A stretch of DNA of 64,000 nucleotides from Candidatus Parcubacteria bacterium (GTDB lineage: Bacteria; Patescibacteriota; Minisyncoccia; Phycocordibacterales; Zambryskibacteraceae), in the NCBI GenBank assembly GCA_019661785.1, contig JAIFWP010000002.1:161869-225868 (forward strand), written 5' to 3'. A program made the translations under genes and the position numbers. Position 1 is the first letter of the stretch, and every line of letters starts with the position of its first letter. A model generated the notes under the pieces. That model searched no databases. It was not told the DNA's origin and saw nothing but the letters and a program-made list of their open reading frames with translations. Below are positions 30,246 to 38,540 of the stretch, piece after piece.

Positions 30246-30317
30246 GCGGCTGTAGCTCAACGGTAGAGCACTCCCCTGTCACGGGAGAGGCCGTGGGGTC
30301 AGCACCCATCAGCCGCG
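30246..30317 (+). tRNA. tRNA-Asp(GUC) with a non-canonical T-loop (GTCAGCA)
   Basis: Acceptor GCGGCTG/CAGCCGC, D-arm GCTC-AACGGTA-GAGC, anticodon arm CTCCC-CTGTCAC-GGGAG. Confidence 0.6.
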
Positions 30318-30396
30318 CAGAAATAGTTAAATACAAAAGAAATCGCAAAAAATGTCGAGCCTCAGACTCGGCATTTTTTGCTAAAATAGCAGCACT

Positions 30397-32472
30397 GTGA
30401 AGCACCTTAAGTTCTTTTGGGCTCCTTTCCTTACATTAGTCCTTATAGCCAACCCGCTCTTTGCCGTCGCAGAGACTCAGGTCTTATCTATAGATACAGC
30501 AGAGCTTACCGAGGCTACGACTACTCCAGATACACAGGAGATAATAGTGAAGTATAAGGACTCAGACGACATACAAATCGTCGAGGCGGAGAGTCCTGCA
30601 CAAGTAGACGAGACTATACAAAGCATTGAGTCTAACCCCAGTGTGGACTACGCTGAGCCCAACTTCAGCCGAGATATCTTCGCCATAGACTCAAACGATA
30701 CTCACCGTGCTCTCGAGTGGGGCCTAGACAACACTGGTCAGACCATCCTTGGCACAGCCGGCACCTTAGATGCTGACATAGACGCGCCCGAGGCCTGGGC
30801 TATGTCTGAGGGCACTAGCACTCTCGTCGCCGTCATAGATATCGGAGTCGACTACAGACATCCCGATATAGCCAATAAGATGTGGGATGGCAGCTCGTGC
30901 GTGGATGACTCTGGCGCCACAATAAGCGGGGGTTGTCTGCATGGATATGACTTCACTAATGGAGACAATGACCCTTTGCCGCCTCAGACTAGCGGAGGAG
31001 TGAACTTCCATGGCACGCACGTAGCGGGCATCATCGCGGCAGAGAAGGGCAATGGTCTTGGTATTACTGGCGTTGCGCCAAATGCGAGGATAATGGCCAT
31101 CCGCTTTGCCCTTGATGTGGCGAGCGAGGTCAGGGCTATCAACTTCGCCAAGGCGAATGGAGCTAAGATTATTAACGCTTCGTATGGAGGCAACGAGTTT
31201 TCGCAGGCAGAGTACGATGCTATAAAGAGCTTCACCGATGGGGGAGGAATCTTCGTCGCTGCGGCAGGCAACAGTGCTGCGAACAACGATGGAGGCACCC
31301 ACACTTATCCTGCAGATTACGATATTGCTAATATCGTCACAGTAGCTGCTATTAACAACCGCGACGGGCTCACATCCTTCTCTAACTACGGAGCTAGTTC
31401 AGTCGATGTCGGCGCTCCTGGTGAATCTATTTTGAGTCTCTATCCCGACTACAGCGTGCCATCGTCTCCTTCATACATATATGCTTATGCTGACGGCACC
31501 TCAATGGCCGCTCCTATGACGGCTGGAGCAGTGGCTCTCCTGTGGGGAGCATCTCCCACACTTAGCTCTGCGCAAGTAGTGAGCCTCATTACGAGTACGG
31601 GAGACTCTTTGCCCGCTCTCGCAGGCAAGACCACGAGCGGCAAGCGTATCAACGTCTACAATGCATTGCACTCTGTCCTCGCCACTTCCACAGCCGTGCT
31701 CTCTGGCTTGCCGAGCGCTACCTCGACCGAGGGCATACCAAGCCTTAGCGTGACAGTCGGCGGGGACGGCATAGCTTACTATGCGTATAAACTCGATGGC
31801 AGTGCTTGGAGCGCGACGACTACTGTGGCCACTCCTATCACCGCTACGTCTCTCACGAACGGTATGCACAGCCTCTCTGTCATTGGTGGATCGGCTTACG
31901 GCGTTTGGCAAAGTGAGGCCTCGTCGACGGACTATACATGGAATGTGGTCGACACTACTGCGCCAGACGTGACTGGCCTTGCGGATGATGCTAATGGCAC
32001 ACAGTCTAAGTCTTGGAGCTGGGGCTCGTTAGACCCGACGGCCATCTTCCGCTTTGAGGTGTCTACATCCTCAGTACCGCTTGCTCTAGCCAGCACGACA
32101 TATGCGACGACGACAAGTGCAAATGTAAGCAGTCCTCTTGGCGCCGTCTATATACATGTGCAGGCAAAGGACAACAACGGCAACGAGAGCGCGGTGCGGA
32201 CCTTCTCCGCGCTTCTCGCCGAGCCTGTAGCGCCAGTCGCGCCTGCTCCTAGCGGTGGTGGAGGGGGAGGCGGCGGCGGCGGGGGTGGTGGAGGAGGTTC
32301 GAGTTCCGGTTCATCCTCTCCTACCGTGACCCAGGCTCTCTCAGGAGACGAGAATAGTGATGGCAAGGTAGACTTGCTCGACTTCAACAGCCTTATGATC
32401 CATTGGTCCTCGCGTGCGAATCCGATACTCGACTTTAATAGCTTAATGGTACACTGGTCACTCCAAGGATAA
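30397..32472 (+). CDS. Secreted subtilisin-like serine protease (S8) with a C-terminal poly-Gly linker and a dockerin-like EF-hand repeat
   Basis: Catalytic Asp (VAVIDIGVD), His (HGTHVAG) and Ser (GTSMAAP). Fifteen Gly in a row. GDENSDGKVDLLDFNSLMIHW fits the dockerin Ca-binding loop at positions 1, 3, 5, 9 and 12, and a second helix repeats (LDFNSLMVHW). Confidence 0.8.
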   Translation: MKHLKFFWAPFLTLVLIANPLFAVAETQVLSIDTAELTEATTTPDTQEIIVKYKDSDDIQIVEAESPAQVDETIQSIESNPSVDYAEPNFSRDIFAIDSNDTHRALEWGLDNTGQTILGTAGTLDADIDAPEAWAMSEGTSTLVAVIDIGVDYRHPDIANKMWDGSSCVDDSGATISGGCLHGYDFTNGDNDPLPPQTSGGVNFHGTHVAGIIAAEKGNGLGITGVAPNARIMAIRFALDVASEVRAINFAKANGAKIINASYGGNEFSQAEYDAIKSFTDGGGIFVAAAGNSAANNDGGTHTYPADYDIANIVTVAAINNRDGLTSFSNYGASSVDVGAPGESILSLYPDYSVPSSPSYIYAYADGTSMAAPMTAGAVALLWGASPTLSSAQVVSLITSTGDSLPALAGKTTSGKRINVYNALHSVLATSTAVLSGLPSATSTEGIPSLSVTVGGDGIAYYAYKLDGSAWSATTTVATPITATSLTNGMHSLSVIGGSAYGVWQSEASSTDYTWNVVDTTAPDVTGLADDANGTQSKSWSWGSLDPTAIFRFEVSTSSVPLALASTTYATTTSANVSSPLGAVYIHVQAKDNNGNESAVRTFSALLAEPVAPVAPAPSGGGGGGGGGGGGGGGSSSGSSSPTVTQALSGDENSDGKVDLLDFNSLMIHWSSRANPILDFNSLMVHWSLQG

Positions 32473-32483
32473 CTAACAGATAT

Positions 32484-33206
32484 ATGAAAAAAGCTTTACT
32501 AGCCCTCTCGTTATCGCTCGCTCTGCCCATGCTTGCTTCGGCGAGTACGGCCTACTTCACTCCGGCTACGGTCACGGTGAAGCCTGGACAGAGCGTCACC
32601 CTGAGCATCATCGTCGACCCACAAGGTGCTCAAGTCTATACTGCTAAGATCGCTGTATCTTACCCGAGTGACTTGGTGAGCGTGACATCATTTAGCCCCG
32701 CCTCTGGTTGGCTCTCGCTTAACCAGCCTGGATACGATGTCGTAGACAACGCAGCCGGCTCTCTCATAAAGACTGCTGGATATGCAGGAGGCTTTAGCGG
32801 CGTTAAGATATTTGGCACCATCACTCTCACTGCCAAAGCTTCGGGCTCTGCCACGGTCTCTATTACCGGAACCACGCAAGTGCTTGGCGCTAATAATGAG
32901 AACTCCTTCTCCTCTGGCGGACGAGCGATAGTAGTTGTCTCGACTCCGACACCAGCTACAACGGTTGTGAATCCGGCTCGACCTCTGCTCAAGAAGCCTT
33001 CCGCACCAGTAGCGAAGACTGCTTCGACTACCGCAGCCTCGTCTACAGCGAGTACCACGGCTACACCAGAGGCGAGTAGTCCCGTACCCGAGCTCGCTTC
33101 AGCTGTATCTACTGGTAGCAAGAACATGACCTTGGTTCTGGGGTTTGTAGCTGTGGCAGCTGCTTTCTTGGCGGGGATATTTATTGGCCGCCTCAAGACT
33201 GTATAA
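32484..33206 (+). CDS. Membrane-anchored surface protein with a cohesin-like beta-sandwich domain, a Thr/Ser/Ala-rich stalk and a C-terminal TM
   Basis: Signal peptide. FTPATVTVKPGQSVTLSIIVDP...AKIAVSYPSDLVSVTSF resembles cohesin-module sequence patterns. C-terminal TM helix plus RLK. Confidence 0.5.
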   Translation: MKKALLALSLSLALPMLASASTAYFTPATVTVKPGQSVTLSIIVDPQGAQVYTAKIAVSYPSDLVSVTSFSPASGWLSLNQPGYDVVDNAAGSLIKTAGYAGGFSGVKIFGTITLTAKASGSATVSITGTTQVLGANNENSFSSGGRAIVVVSTPTPATTVVNPARPLLKKPSAPVAKTASTTAASSTASTTATPEASSPVPELASAVSTGSKNMTLVLGFVAVAAAFLAGIFIGRLKTV

Positions 33207-33213
33207 TAAACAC

Positions 33214-33882
33214 ATGAATATAAAACGCGATTTATCGATACTAGCTGTAGTAGTGCTCGTGGCTATATGCGGAGGAGTCCTATACATGCGACCCGCTCTG
33301 CATCCTATTGTTACGCCGGGACCGACTGGCACAGGACAGACCCAGGTGTTGCCTTTGGACGGTACGGTAGTGCTCCACCTTGGAGAGACAGCGTCATTTA
33401 GAAATCTTACCCTCACGCCAACTCAGTTGGTCGAAGATAGCCGATGCCCACAAGACGTGCAATGCATCCAGGCCGGGACGGTAAGGGTGAAGGTAGATGT
33501 ATCTTCGGGTCTTGGCAACGCCGCTTCGATATTGAAACTGGGCGAAGTCTTCACTACAGAGAGCGAGAGGATAACGCTCACAGAAGTGTCTCCATCCAAG
33601 CTGTCTTCTGTCACTATCGCTCCTGCGGATTACCAATTCACTTTCCTCGTAGAGTCGCAGGCTAGCCACATAGACAACGGCAGCACTTCAGGCAAGTGCT
33701 ATGTCGGCGGATGCTCAAGCCAGATTTGCTCTGACGAGCCTAATGCCGTATCAACCTGCGAGTACACGGCGGCTTATGCCTGCTACAAGACAGCCAAGTG
33801 CGAGAGACAGTCTACCGGCAAATGCGGATGGACTCCATCGACCGCACTCAATATGTGCCTCAAGAACCCTCCCTCGCTCTAG
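33214..33882 (+). CDS. Membrane-anchored protein with a Cys-rich C-terminal domain (10 Cys)
   Basis: Internal ATG chosen (MNIKRDLSILAVVVLV...). No family recognized. Confidence 0.5.
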   Translation: MNIKRDLSILAVVVLVAICGGVLYMRPALHPIVTPGPTGTGQTQVLPLDGTVVLHLGETASFRNLTLTPTQLVEDSRCPQDVQCIQAGTVRVKVDVSSGLGNAASILKLGEVFTTESERITLTEVSPSKLSSVTIAPADYQFTFLVESQASHIDNGSTSGKCYVGGCSSQICSDEPNAVSTCEYTAAYACYKTAKCERQSTGKCGWTPSTALNMCLKNPPSL

Positions 33883-33915
33883 AAAGGAAGCCAGAAAGCA
33901 TACGTTTATAGACTC

Positions 33916-34131
33916 GTGCCTGGAGACTCGTTCATACACGCAGATATATTCTTCTTCGTGGCGACCATCGCTGTCGCAGTCTTCGTCGCGGTGTCTATCG
34001 TCGTGGCAGTTTATCTAGTGCGTGCGCTTAGGGCCATAGAAGAGAGGACCGAGGATATGAAGGAGAGCTTCCTATACAACTTATTATTCAAGACTCGCAA
34101 TAAATATAAAGTCGATGCCAAAGATAAATAA
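33916..34131 (+). CDS. Small single-TM hypothetical protein
   Basis: ORF plus hydrophobic helix. Confidence 0.3.
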   Translation: MPGDSFIHADIFFFVATIAVAVFVAVSIVVAVYLVRALRAIEERTEDMKESFLYNLLFKTRNKYKVDAKDK

Positions 34132-34200
34132 AGAGAAGGCTCTTATCATCGGCATGGCCGTGGCAGAGATAATCGCCTTGGCCACCGAGCTAAAAAGAGA

Positions 34201-34836
34201 ATGGAATACAGCAAGCACATCGAGCTCCAGAAGAAGCTCGCCAAGGAAGTCCGCATCGAGCCGCTCAAGGGCGAGGTAAGGCTCGTGGCCGGAGTTGACG
34301 TCTCGATGGAGCGCTTTGGCAATACTCTCTATGCGGGCATTATAGTGCTGTCTTACCCAGAGCTTCGGGTAGTTGAGGAGGTAGTGGCCAAGTCGGAGAC
34401 CGACTTCCCTTATATACCTGGGCTCTTGTCCTTCCGCGAGATACCAGCGCTCTTAGAATGCGTGAAGAAACTTTCATATAAGCCCGACGTCTACATAGTG
34501 GATGGACAGGGCATAGCTCACCCGAGGCGGCTTGGCATCGCCACGCATCTCGGCCTCATACTGGGCACGCCCACCATCGGTTGTGCCAAGAGCGTGCTTT
34601 ACGGCAGACGCTCGGGCGACAATCTTGTAGACCCCAAGACTGGAGAAGTGATAGGTCGAGTCCTCTCGACAAAGAAGGGCTCGAACCCGCTCATCGTCTC
34701 TCCCGGGCATCTCATCACTCTAGAGGAGTCGGTCGAGATAGTCCGCTCTGCTCTCAAGGGATACAAGTTGCCCGAGCCTACCCGCCGAGCGCATCTCCTG
34801 GTGAACGCCTTTCGAAAGGGTATTATCAAAAATTAA
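34201..34836 (+). CDS. nfi: Endonuclease V (deoxyinosine 3' endonuclease)
   Basis: DVS...YIPGLLSFRE...IVDGQGIAHPRRLGIATHLGL...PTIGCAKS matches EndoV motifs. Confidence 0.85.
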   Translation: MEYSKHIELQKKLAKEVRIEPLKGEVRLVAGVDVSMERFGNTLYAGIIVLSYPELRVVEEVVAKSETDFPYIPGLLSFREIPALLECVKKLSYKPDVYIVDGQGIAHPRRLGIATHLGLILGTPTIGCAKSVLYGRRSGDNLVDPKTGEVIGRVLSTKKGSNPLIVSPGHLITLEESVEIVRSALKGYKLPEPTRRAHLLVNAFRKGIIKN

Positions 34837-34851
34837 ACACCATGGCAGTAG

Positions 34852-35054
34852 AAATACAAAACAATCCTAGCGGCGGAGACAACGGCGGCAGCGCAATGAC
34901 AGCGCTCGTAGCTATCCTCGTCATCGTAGTCATCGGACTCGCTATCTGGTTTGGCTTCCGGCACACCGGCTCATCCGGCGGCACCAATGTGAACGTCTCA
35001 CTACCGACGACATCCGGCGGCACAGGCGGAGTCACAGGAGGCGCAGGATACTAA
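34852..35054 (+). CDS. Small Gly-rich single-TM protein (67 aa)
   Basis: ATG within the track ORF 34581..35054; followed by a strong hairpin. Confidence 0.35.
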
Positions 35055-35076
35055 ATTCTGTTTGGCTCAGTTTTGC

Positions 35077-35116
35077 AAAACGGCTCTAAATTAGCTAAGA
35101 TTAGAGCCGTTTTCGC
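35077..35116 (+). terminator. Hairpin AAAACGGCTCTAA/TTAGAGCCGTTTT (13-bp stem) after the small gene
   Basis: Perfect inverted repeat followed by TCG. Confidence 0.5.
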
Positions 35117-35119
35117 ATT

Positions 35120-35277
35120 GCCAAGATAGCTCAGCCCCGACGAGCGAAGCTGTCGGGGAGCCGACCTTGCGTCGGCTTTGGTAGAGTTAGATAGTATTGC
35201 CAAGATAGCTCAGCCCCGACGAGCGAAGCTGTCGGGGAGCCGACCTTGCGTCGGCTTTGGTAGAGTTAGATAGTATT
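35120..35277 (+). repeat. Two tandem 79-bp direct repeats, each starting with the first 15 nt of tRNA-Thr(GGU) and carrying two GC-rich hairpins
   Basis: Unit: GCCAAGATAGCTCAG + CCCCGACGAGCGAAGCTGTCGGGGAGCCGACCTTGCGTCGGCT + TTGGTAGAG + TTAGATAGTATT. Copies at about 35120 and 35199; the intact tRNA begins at 35278. Confidence 0.8.
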
Positions 35278-35350
35278 GCCAAGATAGCTCAGTTGGTAGA
35301 GCACATCCATGGTAAGGATGAGGTCCCCGGTTCGATCCCGGGTCTTGGCT
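35278..35350 (+). tRNA. tRNA-Thr(GGU); CCA encoded at 35351-35353
   Basis: Acceptor GCCAAGA/TCTTGGC, anticodon loop ATGGTAA, T-arm CCCGG-TTCGATC-CCGGG. Confidence 0.85.
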
Positions 35351-35372
35351 CCAGGTCTGCTATACTCAGGTT

Positions 35373-35759
35373 ATGTCACGAGAAGGCGCTCCAACCCAAG
35401 AGCAAGTAAGAGAGGCTTACATCATAGATGAACTTAGAAATACCACTCCAGAAAAGTTAATGAATATGATGCAGGCCACTTCGGCCGAAGAGATGCGGAA
35501 AAATGCTCAAGATCCTGAACAAATCAAAGAATATCTAGCTTGGGATGATGAATGGAGGAGCTTGGTTCAGGCTCTAGAGGGTGAAGAAGGCGAAAGGCAG
35601 ATTTTAAATACAGAACTTAAAAGAGCTGACCTATATATCGCGGCCGACCTAACTGCTTTAGCCAGAGAGACGCTTGAGAGCGCTAGGGACATTGCATGGG
35701 CGATGGGATTCGAGAATGTTTCTGAGGACATTGAAGGTAGACTTGAGACACTCGAGTAG
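35373..35759 (+). CDS. Hypothetical protein (128 aa), acidic and helical
   Basis: ORF; lower GC. Confidence 0.45.
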   Translation: MSREGAPTQEQVREAYIIDELRNTTPEKLMNMMQATSAEEMRKNAQDPEQIKEYLAWDDEWRSLVQALEGEEGERQILNTELKRADLYIAADLTALARETLESARDIAWAMGFENVSEDIEGRLETLE

Positions 35760-35800
35760 TGTTTGCATATAGCAAGATAATGCATATCATTATCTGGCAA

Positions 35801-35873
35801 GCCACCCTAGCTCAGTTGGTAGAGCACCGCTTTCGTAAAGCGGGGGTCCGCAGTTCGATTCTGCGGGGTGGCT
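35801..35873 (+). tRNA. tRNA-Thr(CGU)
   Basis: Acceptor GCCACCC/GGGTGGC, anticodon loop TTCGTAA, T-arm CGCAG-TTCGATT-CTGCG. The prfB ATG starts 2 nt after the tRNA. Confidence 0.85.
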
Positions 35874-35874
35874 C

Positions 35875-36723
35875 ATGGCGGAGAAGGAAGCTATACAAGC
35901 AAAGATAGATGCTATAGAGGCCGAGATGGCCTCGGCAGACTTTTGGAGTGACAAGAACGCCGCTCAAGCGAAGATTAAAGAACTTCAAGATTTGAAAAAT
36001 GATTTGGAGGGCGTCGGCAAGTATGACAAGGGAGATGCCATTATGAATATCTTTACTGGTGCAGGAGGGGACGACGCCGCAGATTGGTCGAAGATGCTCT
36101 TAGCCATGTATGAGAAGTACGCTGCTAAAAAAGGCTGGGCGATAAAGACTCTTGGTGAGAATCAGCTCGAAATCAGCGGCAAGAATGTCTACGGCACCCT
36201 AAAGAACGAGTCAGGCGTACACCGTCTTGTGCGCATATCACCCTTCGGAGCTAAGGGCATACGACAGACCTCCTTTAGCATGGTCGAGGTGGTGCCCAAG
36301 TTCGACAGGCCTGATGAGCTCGCTATACCGCCAGACGATATCCGCGTTGAGCTCTCCCGCTCTAGCGGCCCGGGCGGGCAAAATGTGAACAAGCGCGAGA
36401 CAGCCGTACGCGTGGTGCACATACCAACCAACCTCGCTGTGCATGTGGAGACCGAGCGCTCTCAAGCGCAGAACAAGGAGAAGGCTCTTGCCATGCTCAG
36501 CGCCAAACTTTACAAACTTCAGGATGATGAAAGGAAGGCCAAGGAGAGCGGCATGTATGTATCAAAGACGACGCAGAACGAGTGGGGGAGCCAAATACGC
36601 TCGTACGTGCTACATCCATATAAGATGGTTAAGGATCATCGCACCGATGTCGAGAGCTCTCAGCCGGACAAGGTGTTGAACGGCGACTTGGACGAATTCA
36701 TAGAGGCTGAAAGGGCTCTCTAA
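35875..36723 (+). CDS. prfB: Peptide chain release factor 2 (short form, 282 aa; no frameshift site)
   Basis: SPF tripeptide (RISPFGAKG) and GGQ motif (SGPGGQNVNK). Domain 1 is about 80 aa shorter than in E. coli RF2. Confidence 0.85.
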   Translation: MAEKEAIQAKIDAIEAEMASADFWSDKNAAQAKIKELQDLKNDLEGVGKYDKGDAIMNIFTGAGGDDAADWSKMLLAMYEKYAAKKGWAIKTLGENQLEISGKNVYGTLKNESGVHRLVRISPFGAKGIRQTSFSMVEVVPKFDRPDELAIPPDDIRVELSRSSGPGGQNVNKRETAVRVVHIPTNLAVHVETERSQAQNKEKALAMLSAKLYKLQDDERKAKESGMYVSKTTQNEWGSQIRSYVLHPYKMVKDHRTDVESSQPDKVLNGDLDEFIEAERAL

Positions 36724-36746
36724 ATATGTTAAAATAGCGGGTACGT

Positions 36747-37427
36747 ATGATTTTCTTTGATCGTGTTTCAAAGGTCTATCCGGACGACTCTGTCGCTCTC
36801 TCGGACATCACCATCACCATAGAGCCCAAAGAATTCGTCTCCATAGTCGGCCCATCAGGCGCAGGCAAGACCACTTTGCTCAAGATGCTCCTCGCAGAGG
36901 AGTACCCGACCGAGGGAGAGGTCTTCTACGAGTCAAAGAACGTGCACGACTTGAGCAAGAAGGATTTAAATGAATTGAGAAGGAAGATTGGCATGGTTTT
37001 CCAGGACTTCCGTCTCATACCGGGGAAGACCGTATACGAGAACATCGCCTTTACCATGGAGGCAGCTGGGAGGAGCGACGCAGAGATAGAGCAGGATGTG
37101 CCGCACGTCTTAGAGCTTGTCGACTTGGCGTCGAAGGTCTGGAACTTCCCCCACGAGCTCTCTGGCGGTGAGAAGCAGCGCGTAGCTATAGCCCGCGCGC
37201 TAGTGAACCAGCCCGATGTCCTCGTGGCCGACGAGCCGACAGGGAACCTCGACCCGGTGAACACTTACGACATCGTCCAAATACTCAAGAAGATTAACGA
37301 CTTCGGCACGACCGTCATCCTCACCACGCACAACAAGGGCATTATCGACTCCCTAGGCAAGCGCGTTATTGCTATGGATAAGGGCAAGGTCGTGCGCGAT
37401 GACAAGGAGGGCAAATACTTCATCTAA
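36747..37427 (+). CDS. ftsE: Cell-division ABC ATPase FtsE
   Basis: Walker A GPSGAGKTTLLK, signature LSGGEKQR, Walker B. Confidence 0.85.
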   Translation: MIFFDRVSKVYPDDSVALSDITITIEPKEFVSIVGPSGAGKTTLLKMLLAEEYPTEGEVFYESKNVHDLSKKDLNELRRKIGMVFQDFRLIPGKTVYENIAFTMEAAGRSDAEIEQDVPHVLELVDLASKVWNFPHELSGGEKQRVAIARALVNQPDVLVADEPTGNLDPVNTYDIVQILKKINDFGTTVILTTHNKGIIDSLGKRVIAMDKGKVVRDDKEGKYFI

Positions 37428-37449
37428 GATATAATACAAAGATAAACTC

Positions 37450-38376
37450 ATGTTCTGGACCAATTTCAAACGCATAGCCCGCACCGGATTCATGAACTTC
37501 TGGCGCAACGGCACTGTCTCTCTCGCCTCTGTCTTCATGATGACGGTGACCTTGCTCGTCATAGGCTTTATCCTTTTTGGCTCGGCAGTGCTCAACACCT
37601 CGCTCAACACCTTGCGCGACAAGGTCGACATCACGGTGACTTTCGTACCTACCGCGGCGGAGACTGATATATTGTCGATGAAGCACTCTCTCGAGACTCT
37701 CTCTGAGGTGTCTCTTGTCACTTACACCTCGCGCGAGGATGCTCTCACAGCCTTCACCGCTAGACATCAGAACGATCAGTCTATACTCACCGCTCTCGCG
37801 GAACTCAATGGCAATCCTCTTGGGGCCGAGCTCGACGTGAAGGCCAAGGACCCGTCTCAGTATCAGAGCATCGCGGACTTCCTCCAGAGTCAGAGCACTC
37901 TCTCAACCTCAGGAGTTTCCATCGTCGACCATGTGAACTTCTACCAGAACAAGGTTGCTATAGATCGCCTGTCCTCTATCATCCGTGCCGCAGACAAGCT
38001 CGGTCTCGCCATCGCCATCGCCTTCATCATCCTTTCGATACTCATTGCCTTCAACACTATCCGCCTCACTATATACATTGCTAGAGAGGAGATATCGGTC
38101 ATGCGTCTCGTCGGCGCTTCGACAGCATACATACAGGGACCATTTGTCACTGTTGGCATCATGTACGGACTCCTGGCGACTCTGGCGTCCCTCATCCTCT
38201 TCCTGCCTATCACATACTGGATAGGGAAGGTCACAGCAAACTTCTTCATCGGGTTGAACCTCTTCAGCTACTACCTACACAACTTCCCTCAGGTCTTCCT
38301 AGTCCTCCTTGGTTCAGGCGCCTTCATCGGAGCGGTGTCCTCACTGTGGGCAATACGCAGATACCTCAAGGTTTAG
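37450..38376 (+). CDS. ftsX: Cell-division permease-like protein FtsX
   Basis: N-terminal TM, periplasmic domain, three C-terminal TM; follows ftsE. Confidence 0.8.
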   Translation: MFWTNFKRIARTGFMNFWRNGTVSLASVFMMTVTLLVIGFILFGSAVLNTSLNTLRDKVDITVTFVPTAAETDILSMKHSLETLSEVSLVTYTSREDALTAFTARHQNDQSILTALAELNGNPLGAELDVKAKDPSQYQSIADFLQSQSTLSTSGVSIVDHVNFYQNKVAIDRLSSIIRAADKLGLAIAIAFIILSILIAFNTIRLTIYIAREEISVMRLVGASTAYIQGPFVTVGIMYGLLATLASLILFLPITYWIGKVTANFFIGLNLFSYYLHNFPQVFLVLLGSGAFIGAVSSLWAIRRYLKV

Positions 38377-38423
38377 GGCCGTATTTTAGGCCTGCTAAAC
38401 TACTCGAATCTTCTCCTTGACAA

Positions 38424-38452
38424 ATGAGCTTTTTGGGTGTATAGTTAAAGGG
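38424..38452 (+). promoter_or_regulatory. Sigma-70-type promoter TTGACA-N17-TATAGT, about 90 nt upstream of the 38541 gene
   Basis: Consensus -35 and near-consensus -10 with 17-nt spacing. Confidence 0.5.
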
Positions 38453-38540
38453 TCAGCTCGAGAGAGCTTTCCCCGTTACGTGTCTCTCCCAGGACACAAG
38501 GCACTCTGCCAGAACGGGCACGAATCTTCCAGGAGGAAGC

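Noticed and set aside
30048-30405. Minus-strand ORFs 30048..30260 and 30181..30405
   Set aside because: They overlap tRNA-Met and tRNA-Asp and contain the classic tRNA-antisense pseudo-peptide (GSNPRPQAYESCALPTEL), so they are artefacts.
32255-32300. GGN-type simple repeat
   Set aside because: It is the in-frame coding sequence for the 15-Gly linker of the S8 protease, not a CRISPR array or a noncoding microsatellite.
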